64,000 bases of DNA from Halocafeteria seosinensis (lineage: Eukaryota). How positions within the stretch are numbered: the stretch's first letter is position 1; each line of letters opens with the position of its first letter. The translations under genes were made by a program, and so were the position numbers. The DNA lies in contig LVLI01000263.1 of assembly GCA_001687465.1 (NCBI GenBank), positions 1-64,000 of the forward strand. The letters are read 5' to 3'. The notes beneath the pieces were generated by a model. The model made no database searches. It saw only the letters and a program-made list of their open reading frames with translations, and was not told where the DNA came from. Positions 28,709 through 40,611 of this stretch are shown in pieces.

Positions 28709-31700
28709 TTAAGCTCGCCTACATCGTCTTACTCGGTATATGCGCTGGACCGTTACGCAGGCAGTCACTAACGGATTTGAGGCTTGTGTCACGACATAAA
28801 TACCGTCGGTGGGGAGAACGAGGCAATCCGGATCAGGAGCGGTATAAACGTATGGCTTCGGGTGCTCCACCTCTCCGCAAATATGGTTCCGAAAATTGAA
28901 GTGACGGAACAGTCCCATGGGGAGTACCCCGTAATGGGACACCAAATATACGTAAACCTGATGATATGTTGGCAACGCAAAGTCTAGAGAAGATCGTTCG
29001 GAAGAATTCGCAGATGGCGCGTTGTTTCCGGGACCAGATGACAAGAATACGTCCTCCCATACCGCCGGAGGAACTGTGATCAATTGCGGCACCGGCAGGT
29101 TTTCAAAGTTATGTCGTAAAGATGGGGCATCAATAGCAAACTTTGGAAGGCGTAGCAGCCGCTGAACCATGCCGATCAGTTCAGTATCGTGCATTGATGT
29201 AGCCAATACGGCTTCTGCAAGAGTACTGGAATGAATCGCACCACTTGCGTACTCATCTGTGTCTTGGAATGAGATGGTTTTGTCGCGGTTTCCTCCTAGC
29301 ATCCAACCGTTTGCGACGTCGTTCTGAAGCATGTCGCCGGGAATATTGAGCTCTGATGATAGTTCTCCCTCAGGTGAATCGTCCTCGTTTACTCCGAGGG
29401 TGCATTGCTCCACAGAGTAAAAGAATTCGTGTTTAAGTACAACAGACGCGTATGCAAACTTCAATTCCTGTAGCTGGGACTGTTCACTCTTCTGGAATTT
29501 GGCAATCAAATACTGTCGGAGGGCATCGTACCTCTGACGCAACATGCGGATTCGTCGCCGCTGCAACTCGATTTGGGTTTCCATGGCATACAAGTGCCAT
29601 CTTGCGCGAGCCTCGCTGCCTAAGATAGCGAGGCCCGGTGTCACGGAAAAAGCGTGACAGTTTCGCGACAAGGGTGAGGGAAAGCCCCGAGAAGAGTCCA
29701 ATGATACAAGCGCAAACAGTTCATACAATACCGTTTTGGGTGTTTGCCATGCTTGCATCTGCGATTCGACTTCATCTAAAACACCTTCAATGTAGTTCTG
29801 AGTGAATTGTGCAGGCTTGGTCGAAGTAGCTTGGACGTTATGACTCTTCTGGTCCACTTGCAAATAGGTTAGAATCTTGGGACTCGAAGTCTGAGCAATA
29901 ATCCAAGGCGAACTGCTCAGCCGTGTATGTAGATAGCGCAATACAAAGAAACTTGTCAACTCATCGAACTGTGAACTTTGCAACTGGCTTTTGTCGTAGC
30001 TGAAAAAACCACCGGCTGCGGAAAGGACGGCTATTGCTGAGCAACTAAAGACACCGGCCCGACTAAGAGCTACCTTGCCGCTAGCAGAACCCACCACCAG
30101 ATATAGTGGTAAGTTCGATCCTCTGCGAGAGCGTTCCACGATCATATCATTCCACTCAGAATTGTCCGGAGGGTCAGGATGAACGACCACCACAAACGCA
30201 AATGAGTTGCTTTCGAGGTTTCGGTGGTGGCGGGTTAAATAGGGGGACGTCCAAATTGGTTGCAGAAAGTTCACTAGGTGCCCTGCTGAAATATCTGGTC
30301 CACAAAGTATGACTAGATGTTTACCATGCAAAATATCTGCTTTCGGCGGGTTTTCAGCAGTGCACTCGGTAGCAGTGGTTACCCAGTTCAGATCGTTCCA
30401 AAATTGCAAAAGCTTAGGCGAGGAGCGTGGTATCAGCTTCCCACGTCGCCTGGACAAGAGCACGCTTAAAACGGCTTTCGCACCGAAGGTTGGCGTTTCC
30501 GGAACAGCTTCGGCTGTCACTCCTCCGTACCGAAATTGCGAAGTTAATCCCATGCTTTCCCGCCATTTGCGAATCTTTTGCGCAAAGCCGGTCGATTGAA
30601 TCTTCCGAAAACTGATAGCGCTGGCGGCCATTGCGAAAACGCGAGAATTGGCATATAGGCATTGATCTGATACGCCGAGAGCTGCCTGTCCGCGAGGCGT
30701 TTCATCCTTTGCCTCTGTTCTCGTTTGGGTACTTCCAGAGCATCCTATAAGGTAAACTGTCTCAGAACAGGTACTTAACGGCTCCTGATAGAAAAATTTA
30801 ATGTGGGAAATTTCCGGACGCTTCCCCACATCGTTCTCGCTGGCAATGACGGCTTCCCGTACCACAGTTTCTCCTGATTCTGCAGAATCCGCAGCGAACA
30901 ATTCAGTTCTTCTCCACGATTGGGCAATGTGGGTGCTGGGTGCAACCAACCTGTACTGACGGTGCACTCTTCCAGTGAGTTCCAAAATGCAACACGCAGC
31001 CTGTCCCAACGTTAACCCCATCAGAGCACGAGGCGTTTGGCAGCTATACGTTCGAAAGAGCGACCCATGCTTATATTCAATGCTACTTGGAGTATCTCCA
31101 GGTGAAAATGGAGTCGATTTGGTCGTCAGCAGGTTACCGAGCAAGGTCGACATTCCAGGATATACACAAGAAGATCCCATCAACGAGTAACGGATCGAAT
31201 CTCTCAATATTATGTTTTCGCTCGGAATTCCTGCCAGCTTTGCGTGTCTTACTGTGTCGGAACTTGAGAGAAGTAGCCGAACGTTGAAACTCATTTCACG
31301 GTTATACTGGAGTATGATAGTGCGAAGTAACTTCTTAAATTGGCTCCTTGCATTGCGAGACTCGCCTTCAGTGAGGATAAAGTTCAAAAGTTTGAGGATA
31401 CCGCCGACAGAACCAGGCATTTTCCATTTCAAGTAATCGATATCGAAAAATTCCGCAAGTACTGTTTCAACGCCTCTATTCTCATGACAGCTTTCTTCTG
31501 TGCCAAATTGGATAAATACGTCTTGACAGATAAGGCTATTTGCAGACTGACGTAGTCTTCTGTTGGTATAGAGGATTTGAAGCGCTGACTGGCGACAGCG
31601 GGATAATCCCGGGGTAGGACAAAAATTGCTTTTGCGTGTTGCACAGCGGTTCGCGAGAAGTCGAAGGAATCTGTGGGATCTCCCTCTAGATAGATGATAC

Positions 31701-33920
31701 TGTTTTCACCTCGGGAATGGTGTTTATGTACCTCTGCCCAACTTGTATCGGCACCTAAACGGGAAGTTCCCCCTGTAACTACATCATATACTACTCCTCC
31801 CGCGGGCCTGTTGTTTTCTGGACGCTCGTCGCTTGCCGGCATGGTGATGTGCGTCCTGTACCGAGCATCTGCAGCGGCGGCGGATGATGTCTTATACAAG
31901 CAGTGTTTTTCCTTGTACACCGGATGCATGTAGTGTGAATTGTGAATCAACCAGTGCTCCGTTTCCGGTGCCAGTTGCCCCAGGATCACAACGAATAATC
32001 TCCTGTTTTCTCTGCTGAGAATTGATGCTTTCTTCTGGGGGGACGACGGTAGCGTATTCAGCCCCTCGAAACGGGAGCTAAACGAACTCCGAATAGTTGA
32101 TTCTCTATTTCCTGTGCTTAAAAATCTTTTCTTCATCCTTCTACCAAACCCCTCCAGCACGCCTAAACTGTTTACTATTCGATGTTCATCTTCGACTGCA
32201 TACGCTTCACGGAGAAATTCGCTGAGTTGCGATCGAGATGGAGATCCCAGAATAACTATGAATTCTCCCAGGAATGGATCGAAAACGGGTGCGTCGTACT
32301 GCCGTTTGCTGCTAAAGATCTTGGTAATTTGACTGGCTGATCTGGCAAAGAACACGATGCCAAAAATCATGAAGACCAATGTTGCAAGTCTCGAGGCACT
32401 GGTAGACGGAGTGAAGTCCCCTGCAAGAGCAGGTTCAGACACCTCAGCTTTACATAAATTTCATACTCAGAGCCCAGAGATATGCCTACCATAACCGACG
32501 GTGCTGAACGTGATAAGGAGGTAATAGAAACTGACGAAGGGGCTGAAGGTTTCTTCAAGACAAGTATCCGAAGGCTGTGTTACTCGGCTACCGTCTTGGC
32601 AAATATACTGCAACGAAGAATGCGGTGCTCTTCGGGCGGAACCGGTTTTCTTGAAACACATGAGGTGCCTTACCTGGACCCAGAATCTGGAAGTGCGGGT
32701 GTTACTCTCCATTCCTTGGTCAACGGCAGGGAAATCTCCTACAATATCCACTACGTAGATAACGCACGCTAGAACGAACACGTAAACTAGAGCCTCGAAA
32801 GTTAATCTGGTCAAGTTCCATAGGGAAGAACCGGCCGAGTGAGTTTCTCCATCATCTTCAAGAGAGAATCTACTCCTTTCTAAGGGGCTGGACTTTAGCC
32901 CTTCGTCATCGAGAGAGTCTGTCATGATTTTCTCCCGGATACCGTTCCAAATGCCGTCAACTTCGAGAGAGCGCACCGGAGTGGAAAGAGTCTCACTTTC
33001 AGCTTTATATACTACTGGTCCCAACTGTCGTTTGCATCGACAGCAACAAGGCTGCTGTACTCCATTGTTGAAATGTCCTTTCCAACAAAACGGAAACCCC
33101 CCATCGGTTCTTCTTCGCACTAAGGTCATTATTTTATACACAAACACTTTCTCGACGACGTTTGGAAGATCTTTCACATAAAATGCCCTGAAAAATGCGA
33201 ACGTAAACCATGTTCGGGCCTCCACTGTATCCTGTGGACCATTCTACGGTGCTCTGTATATGCTAACCGAGCACGTACATGAGCAGGATCATCACTTACT
33301 CTGGAATGGGTTACACAATTCGCTCCCGTGGCAAATTCCGCCGTATCCACCGGCCAATTGCAGGAAAGTAAGAAGAATCCTAAAAACGACCCTATAGAGA
33401 GAGCATCAATGATAGTCCTCCGATCCGTAATTACGGCTAGCGTTTCAGGACAGCTTATCCATCGTACGAGCAGTGTAATAACAAACAAGGAATACATAAA
33501 AATCTCCACTCCTATTTCTATCCAGCTGACCTCTAGAAGTACCTCCACAAGAAACACGCCCCCATCGACGGTATGACTTGGAACAGCAAATAGAGAGTGT
33601 CCGACCAATGAGGATGGGAGAACTCCCATCGTAAAAGCCGTGTGTTGTTCTCCAGTCGCTTCTTCGTTCGGTTCCGTGGTCTCTGCATGATCGGAATATT
33701 TGTCACTAACGGCATAAACATTCAATGCTTCCCATAGCGTACATACCGCGCACAGTACGCGCTGGAACTGCTCCTTTGTACTTGCCCAATAAACTACCAC
33801 CAACCCGCTAAACGAAAGCCAAAACCACAAAGCTATCTTGAGTTGCTGGAGAATGAGGTCCCAGGCAACGACGCATGCGCTTTCTCCATCAGTGTTTTCA
33901 CAAAATAGGGATGATACCAT
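28709..33920 (-). CDS. Slo/BK-type potassium channel alpha subunit with RCK domains (frame break near 31430)
   Basis: Hydrophobic S0-S6 segments, pore YYLLITFSTVGY|GDFTP across an intron, RCK motifs YLEGDP, SCVYPGMSTLLGNL, YASGAI, LPMGLFR, YVYTAPDP. Confidence 0.85.
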
Positions 33921-34207
33921 GCTTACTCCATCCAACCCCCGAGCTCCCACCTATAGGTGGCATGAGAGAGTTTGATAAGCAAATGTCAACATAACACGAC
34001 AAGACGGTAGAAACACTGACGACGTACAACGCAGCAGAGCGTGTGGGTGTGTACGACTTGTGATGTGGAATAATTGAATTACCAAGTCTTTCTTCGTTAA
34101 AATTACAGTGCCAAAATATGACCAATACTACACGTAGTCCACTAAACAATTGCTTACCAGTTCAATGATAATTCGGCTTCCATGATTCATGAATAAGGAG
34201 TGGTGCA

Positions 34208-36040
34208 TCAGCGACGATGCTGGCTGGAAGCGTCATCCCTTTGATCTTCAATTATCCTTCGCTTCTTCCCTCTTACAACTCGTCCNGCCTCGTCAAGATC
34301 TTCTTTCACGCCTGCTAGGCGCTGTGCATATTTCTGTCGCAAAGGGTCTTTTTGGGCCCAAGGAGTGTCCTTCAAAGTGTCCTCAGCAGCTAAATGGGTC
34401 CATTTCGTCCTGCTCCTCTTTCCGAAGTCTGCACCACGGACTTGCATTACTTCCGGAAGCTTTGACTTATCAACTTTATCTTCCCCAGTTGGTGCATCGT
34501 AGGATCGCCTCCGAACATCGTTTTGTTGCACAGAGTCCTCGTCCATATAGAAGGCACCTCGATGGTAATATTTCTGCATGTATCCTAGGCTCCGTTTTTC
34601 CTTCTTAAATGTTTTAAGACCCTGTTTTTCCAATTCTCGGTCCTCCTTCGCACGCTCTTCTTGAGTAAGATTTCTGCGACGCTCAGTTTCTGCTTGCTCC
34701 CATTCATGATGTTCCCTCTCGTCTTTATCTCTGTATTAACATGAAAGCACATAAGCTACACTAGGAGTTAGCAACCAAGATGAGTCCGACGTACCTCTTA
34801 ATCCGATACAGTTCCCGCAGTCGCCACTCATTGAATTCTTCTTCTTCATCATCACTACGATCTTCGTCATCGGGCATTGTAGGATCCTCTTCTTCTTGCT
34901 TTTCAGTTTCACGTTCTTTTTGCACTTCTTCTACGACCATTTTCCGAGACTCTTCTCGCTGTTGTTCTCTCTCTTCCTCTTCCCTCCTCCTCTGTTCCTC
35001 CTCCTCCCTTTCCTGTTCCTCTTTTTGTCGTATCGTATCCCTTTGATCCTTTCTGCGAAAAACTGGCTTCGCAATCTGACGCGATGGGTGTTCGTCGCTG
35101 TCACTCTCCTCAGAGGATTCTGAGCTATCATCGCTGGCTGATTCCCCAGCGGATACACGATCTTCGCTAGACATTTTCTGCTCGGTGTGAGTAGATTCTT
35201 GCTTGGCATGGGATTCTTCCAGCTCCTTTGCTTCATCGGATTTACCCTTTTGAGAACGCAACGGAAGCGAACTCATCGTAAATGTGGGGGTCTGTAAGTT
35301 GAACTGTGCGAGAGACGGAGCATCAGGTTGGTCTCTTGATCCACTGTTCTGCACGTCATGCGTTTCATCACTGTGCACTGTTTCAGAGCTCGATACTGCC
35401 GCTTTGGCTTTCATTCTTGCTCTAGCTCTCGCTCGTCTACTCTTGTGGTCCTCCTCCTCTACTGCCCCCTCTGCATTCGTAGCTTCTGGCAGCGCGACTG
35501 TTCTCTCCTCTGTTTTGGATTGATGCTCGTGTGAGGCGCTCTTCGAATCCTCCTGATCCGATTCGCTATCACTAGAAGACTCGGAAACGATCTCAGCCTC
35601 TGCTTTTTCTCTTTGTTGATCATCCGATCTTTGTGTGTTCGACAAATTCCTGTAGTACGTGGAAGCCTCAGGTTCCTCCTTCTTCTCTTCTTCTTTCTGG
35701 GCCCAATCCGGCGCCTGAACATTAAACAATACAAATACAAGAAAAGATAATAAAAGTACCTCGACATGTGATATGTGGCGCAACATTTAATTATTTACCC
35801 TTCCTGGCCAATATCGCTTGACATTCCTTCGGCTGTCGACTCGGGGCTTGAATTCCTTCACCCTATCAGTTCTGCAAAACGTAAAACAAGCAAGTGAACG
35901 AGTACTACCATAGTTCGTCTCGCATGTACAACGATGAGAGATTCCGCGTCGACGTACCTGTCATTTTTTGTAGGCACTTCGCCATCTGCGTTTTCGCCGA
36001 GGAGTTTGCCCAGGTCATCTCGTGTAAACGTGCCTGACAT
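34208..36040 (-). CDS. MFAP1: spliceosomal protein MFAP1 (Spp381), 4 exons
   Basis: RYWPG|RAPDW-type N-motif, KPVFRRK, EWRLRELYRIKR, YMQKYYHRGAFY, FGKRSRTKWTHL. One N base at 34287. Confidence 0.93.
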
Positions 36041-36417
36041 TTTCGTCTCCGATCGCAAATTGCTCTGAAGCACGGGCAAATAAGATACTAGTGGATAGAG
36101 AGGACGAAAATTGACTTCAGTTGAATGCTGACAAGACAGAAGACACAGACACGATCAAAAATATCTCGCTGCCATCCCTCTGAGGGCTCGGTTGAAGTTG
36201 TCTCTTTCCCCATAACGCATCGCAACTCCTTGGCTCCAACGGGGCACACGCTGGATGCATGTAGATTACAATAAGCAATTGTTCAAATTATAATAACAAG
36301 AAGAAGAACACACAAAAAGAATATATTGTTTAGTGGCGTCCACAATCGGGCAAGATGGAAGGAGTTGCTCCTAGTGGAACTCAACGATCATCCTGAGTGC
36401 ATGAACAACCATATAGG

Positions 36418-37860
36418 ATGGGGTGCCTTAACGCAAAACAAATGTTTATTACCCACTACTTTGTGCCCAATGGACGAAAACCAGGGCAGGGTGAACAGGC
36501 CCAAGAGGACTTCGCAAAGCTGCAATGTAAGGACTCAGCCTACCTCATATGAACCTGGTTGTCGTGTAATCTCCTGAGTGCGTCGTGTGCAGTAAGCAAG
36601 ATAGTAATCGACAGGCTTTACAATGCATTTGTGGCAATGGATAAAGATAAAGAGGGAGTCGTCGACTTAGATGAGTTCTCACGTTACTTCGAGTTCGAGC
36701 GCTCTCCTTTCGTCGACAGAGCATTTCTGTGTTTCGGTAAGCCCGGTATATGAACTGCCACATTTCCTCTGGGTGCAGGCGGCCACTTTCTAACTTGTAC
36801 CTTGCAGACGAAGAAATGGACGGCGAACTGGACTTTCGAGAACTAGGTATGTGAACAGTTCTGCTGTAGTGCTGCGGTAGCACTCCATTTACTATGGAGA
36901 AACTGGACCACAGTGGTCTCCCTTTGGAATTATTGTACGCTGGACCTGAAGTCATTGATTACCTTCGCCTTTCGTCTTTATGATACGGATAATACTGGAT
37001 ATATTGAAGTGGTACGTCCTTTAAGAGTAAGTTTGCGAAAATGAGCATGTTCATATTGAGCTGGTGAACGTACCTCACAGACGGAAATGCGGCATATGCT
37101 GGAGGAGATATATGGGGAACAGTTCAAGTACAACACTAGATTACTACCATTGCTAGAAGAACTGGACGTAAACGAAGATGGAAGGATCTCCTTACTGGAG
37201 TTTAAGACGATCAATGAAAGATACCCTTCCATGTTGTTTCCGGCCTTCCGTATTCAGATGACTATTCGTGACTCGATTCTGGGTGAACAGTTTTGGAGGG
37301 ACCAGCTGGAGCTGAGATTGCAGAATGGTGAACTATCCAACGAATGCCTGTTTGAAACCATGCGCGTAATGGATGAGAGAAAGAGAAGGGTGGATCAACA
37401 TGCTCTCAAAGAGTTAGGAAAGAATCGTTGGGTTCCCGAAAATCCTCCAGACGGTACGTGCTGGGATTCTTTGCGAGTTATAAAGGCTGGAAACTGCAAA
37501 TGGTTCGCATTGTTCGCAGACTACATACCCGCGCCGACGCTTTCATATAAGGGTCGGCATAATCACAAAATCGCTCAGAAAGAACTGCTAATCAGGGCTG
37601 GCATATTGGCACCGGAGGAAGTCGACGACCTGCAGAAACGAGATGCCGCAAGGCTGAAGCAGCAACAAAGCCAGCAATCTCCAGTAAAGAAACCCAAGAA
37701 GAAGTCTAAGAAAACCAAACCAGTGGAGGAGCAACCTCCTCCAAGCGCTCCACTTATTCCGGCACCGGCCAAGGTAATTGAACGACCAAAGAATCGGAGG
37801 GACAATCTAAACCTTGAGCTTAAGAGAGCGTTGGGGGCTGCCCGGAGGACGAAAGGATAA
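36418..37860 (+). CDS. N-acylated calcineurin-B-like EF-hand protein, 6 exons
   Basis: Starts MGCLNAK. Four EF loops DKDKEGVVDLDE, DEEMDGELDFRE, DTDNTGYIEVTE and DVNEDGRISLLE, then MLFPAF and a Lys/Pro-rich tail. Confidence 0.85.
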
Positions 37861-38452
37861 TGAGTACATTCAATTGCAGAGGTTCAGCATCTCTTTGTAC
37901 ATATGGGGAAATGCCTCTCGCATTTATTGCTTGATAATGCTGACGTTGCCACCATATGTAGTAGTGGTGTATATTATTATGGCCTACCGACTAAATGAAG
38001 CTAGTAACGGATCTTCACGGCGTGGAAGATCTTCCTAGGGGGCCTCTGCATTGCTTACGGTTACGCTTATCAACACTAGCTCTGTTGGTGAATGTGTAGC
38101 CATTGTGCACAGTGGCAAAGTGTGCCACAATACAACCACACCAACATGCATATATATTTGCCCGCATTCCCGGTAGTTCATACCATTCCCATAAAACTAA
38201 GACTAACAATGCAAAGCTTTGTGGTATTTGTTCCGATTGTTTACTATTTCCTGAGCGACCTGACTGCCTTGGCGCCGCAAGTTGGCAAGTTGGCGGTGGC
38301 CAGGCCAGGCTGAACGCCCGGATTCCGCAATGGAAGAAAGCGTCGTAAAGGTACAACAACTCTCAGATTGCTATTGTCTATGTGTAACTTATATATTTGT
38401 GTACTAGCGTGGCATTGTAATAGAGGTGCTACATTCTACAGCTAGCGCAGCA

Positions 38453-39370
38453 ATGAAGCGAATATATGAGCTACTTCCCAAGAAGGTGGCGGACAAGGTA
38501 AGAAGAATACAGTGCCTTGTCTGGTTCGTATTGGATGATTTTGCTGTTATCAAATGGCTGTCATGTAACAGATCCGAAGCACCTTAGAGTTCAGAGGAGG
38601 CACGCAAGACACCTATCTTTTTCGGGCTACCTCAGAGCCTAACAGATGGGATAATCGACGCCAATTTCGTTATCCTCCAGGGTATGTGTTGTGCTTTAAA
38701 CAATGCAGCAGTGGTAATTGGTTCATTAACCTGGAATATCATTGTCCTTTGTGTATCCTATGATAAAACAGCTCTCATGAACCTGCTAAGGTTCCTGATC
38801 GCGAAGAGGAGAATCGCTTTGACATCAAGTACTTCCCTCGGGACACCATTCGACATGCCAATCCCCTTGAGCCCCGGTTTACCTCGGACGATAATGTTCG
38901 GCAAATTTCATCCCAGAAGCCGTTGCTCTTACAACAAATGAAAGATTTGTCAGGAAGTCGAGGGTCTCCCGTTCGCTCTGTAGGTGCTTGCCGACGCCGT
39001 TGAACCGGTTCTGGCAGTTTATTCCTGCCTTTGTGTGTACGCAGAATCCGGCGGTAGAACGATATAGTGCAGATGGATTGAGGTCTGCAATGACTGCTTC
39101 TCATGGTAGGCACTGTGCCGGAGGACATGATAGCCAGACTCTGCACTGAGTTCATTGTCTTTTTCTTTTACTTGTTTCGCAGAGGCTACACAAAATGCGC
39201 TTCTCGAGAAGCAACCGGATCATTTACCGACACCAGAGTATTATGTTTACGATGATGGCACTGGAATCTTGAAACACCACGACGAAAAAAATCTGCCTCC
39301 AACGCCTGGAAGACCAACTCAGTGGAGAAGGGACCCGTACCAGTTTCTCGGAAGGGAGAAGATGTGGTAG
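38453..39370 (+). CDS. NDUFA7: complex I accessory subunit NDUFA7 (B14.5a)-like, 5 exons
   Basis: Spliced product contains FRYPPG...VPD...FDIKYFPRD (resembles the plant/protist B14.5a DIKYF.RD motif) and NPAVERYSADGLRSAMTASH. Confidence 0.65.
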
Positions 39371-40151
39371 GGTCGGTAGAGTGTGCAAAGTTGTAGAGAT
39401 CTTAATCGCCTATCGCTATAGCCGTCTTCTCATATTGAAAAGCCAAAAAATCTGTACCCTTCTAAGCTAATATGCACCACTGTCAGGACTGCTGTGGTAA
39501 AAAGTTCTCCGACTACTTGTGAAAACGACTTCATCAGCTGCATTATTCCAACATACACGTGCACCCCTGCTACAGACTGTCTGCTAAAAACCATTCGTTT
39601 ACAATGGCATCGTAGCTCGAATGATTTCTTTGGCTACCTGGTAGAGGGTGCTGCAATTGGATTACATTGTTCGTTCCAATTGGCGACTCGCGGTTTAGTT
39701 AGGGTCTAGTTCACACGTGTACAAACTAGACTAGTAGGTACAAAACTGTCCACTCCAGGCAATGCCTATAATTATTTTATTGACGGCGCTTACGGACTGT
39801 AAGTTCGCAATTCGGTTGTAGCCGGTGACAACTAAAGTTGTACTGCGGGCATGCTTCAAGTTGAAGCAGCAGAACGATCTTTAATCGGTTGCAGTATACG
39901 AGACGTAGAAAGTGTTGTCAGAAACAGGCAGCCAGTAAAGGAAGAAAAGAACGGACACAGCGTACTGTAAGTATTTGTTGTGTTTTTTATCACACAAGTG
40001 AGAGAAAAGACACCGGTGATCAAGGTGCAAGGGTTTTGCCGCTTCAACTTGAACCACTTAAATGACATGTGACCGTCATGACGCCGCAGACACGATATAG
40101 TGTATCCAAACGTGCTATTTCAATCGTATTTTACCCAGATTGTCGTGAAAA

Positions 40152-40579
40152 ATGGCTGATCAAAATGAAGAAAGACATCCACCGGGAGAGATCCTCGAAT
40201 CCAGTAAGTGCACGGTTTTCGAAACGGATATAAGATCCTATGGATAATACGCATGTTGCGCAGTTAAGAAGAAAGAGGGTCAAGACCATCTAAAACACGT
40301 CGAAACAAAAGATCATACGGGCAAGGAGCGTGCAGTAAGTCGTTCGACACCAATACATTGGCCAAATATTATTCAGGAAGACGCGACTCTGTTCACTTTG
40401 CAGTATGTCCTGGAGGCTATAGAGAAGGGAAAAAAGGAACTGAATCACACGGAACCGAAGGAGCCCAAGCTTCCAACCAAAGAGGTACGAGTTCCATCAA
40501 TTGTTTGAACACCAAAACATTGCTAATTGGACTCATTCCGCAGGAAATTGACGAGGAACGGAGACACAGTGCCTCTTAA
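40152..40579 (+). CDS. 79-aa tandem beta-thymosin/WH2 (actobindin-like) actin-monomer-binding protein, 4 exons
   Basis: Exons 40152-40203, 40264-40334, 40404-40484 and 40544-40579, all GT-AG, give ...ILESIKK...LKHVETKD...VLEAIEKGKKELNHTEPKEPKLPTKEEIDEER. Confidence 0.8.
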
Positions 40580-40611
40580 GCGTGTAGCCAGTTGCGACAG
40601 TACCTTTAAAT

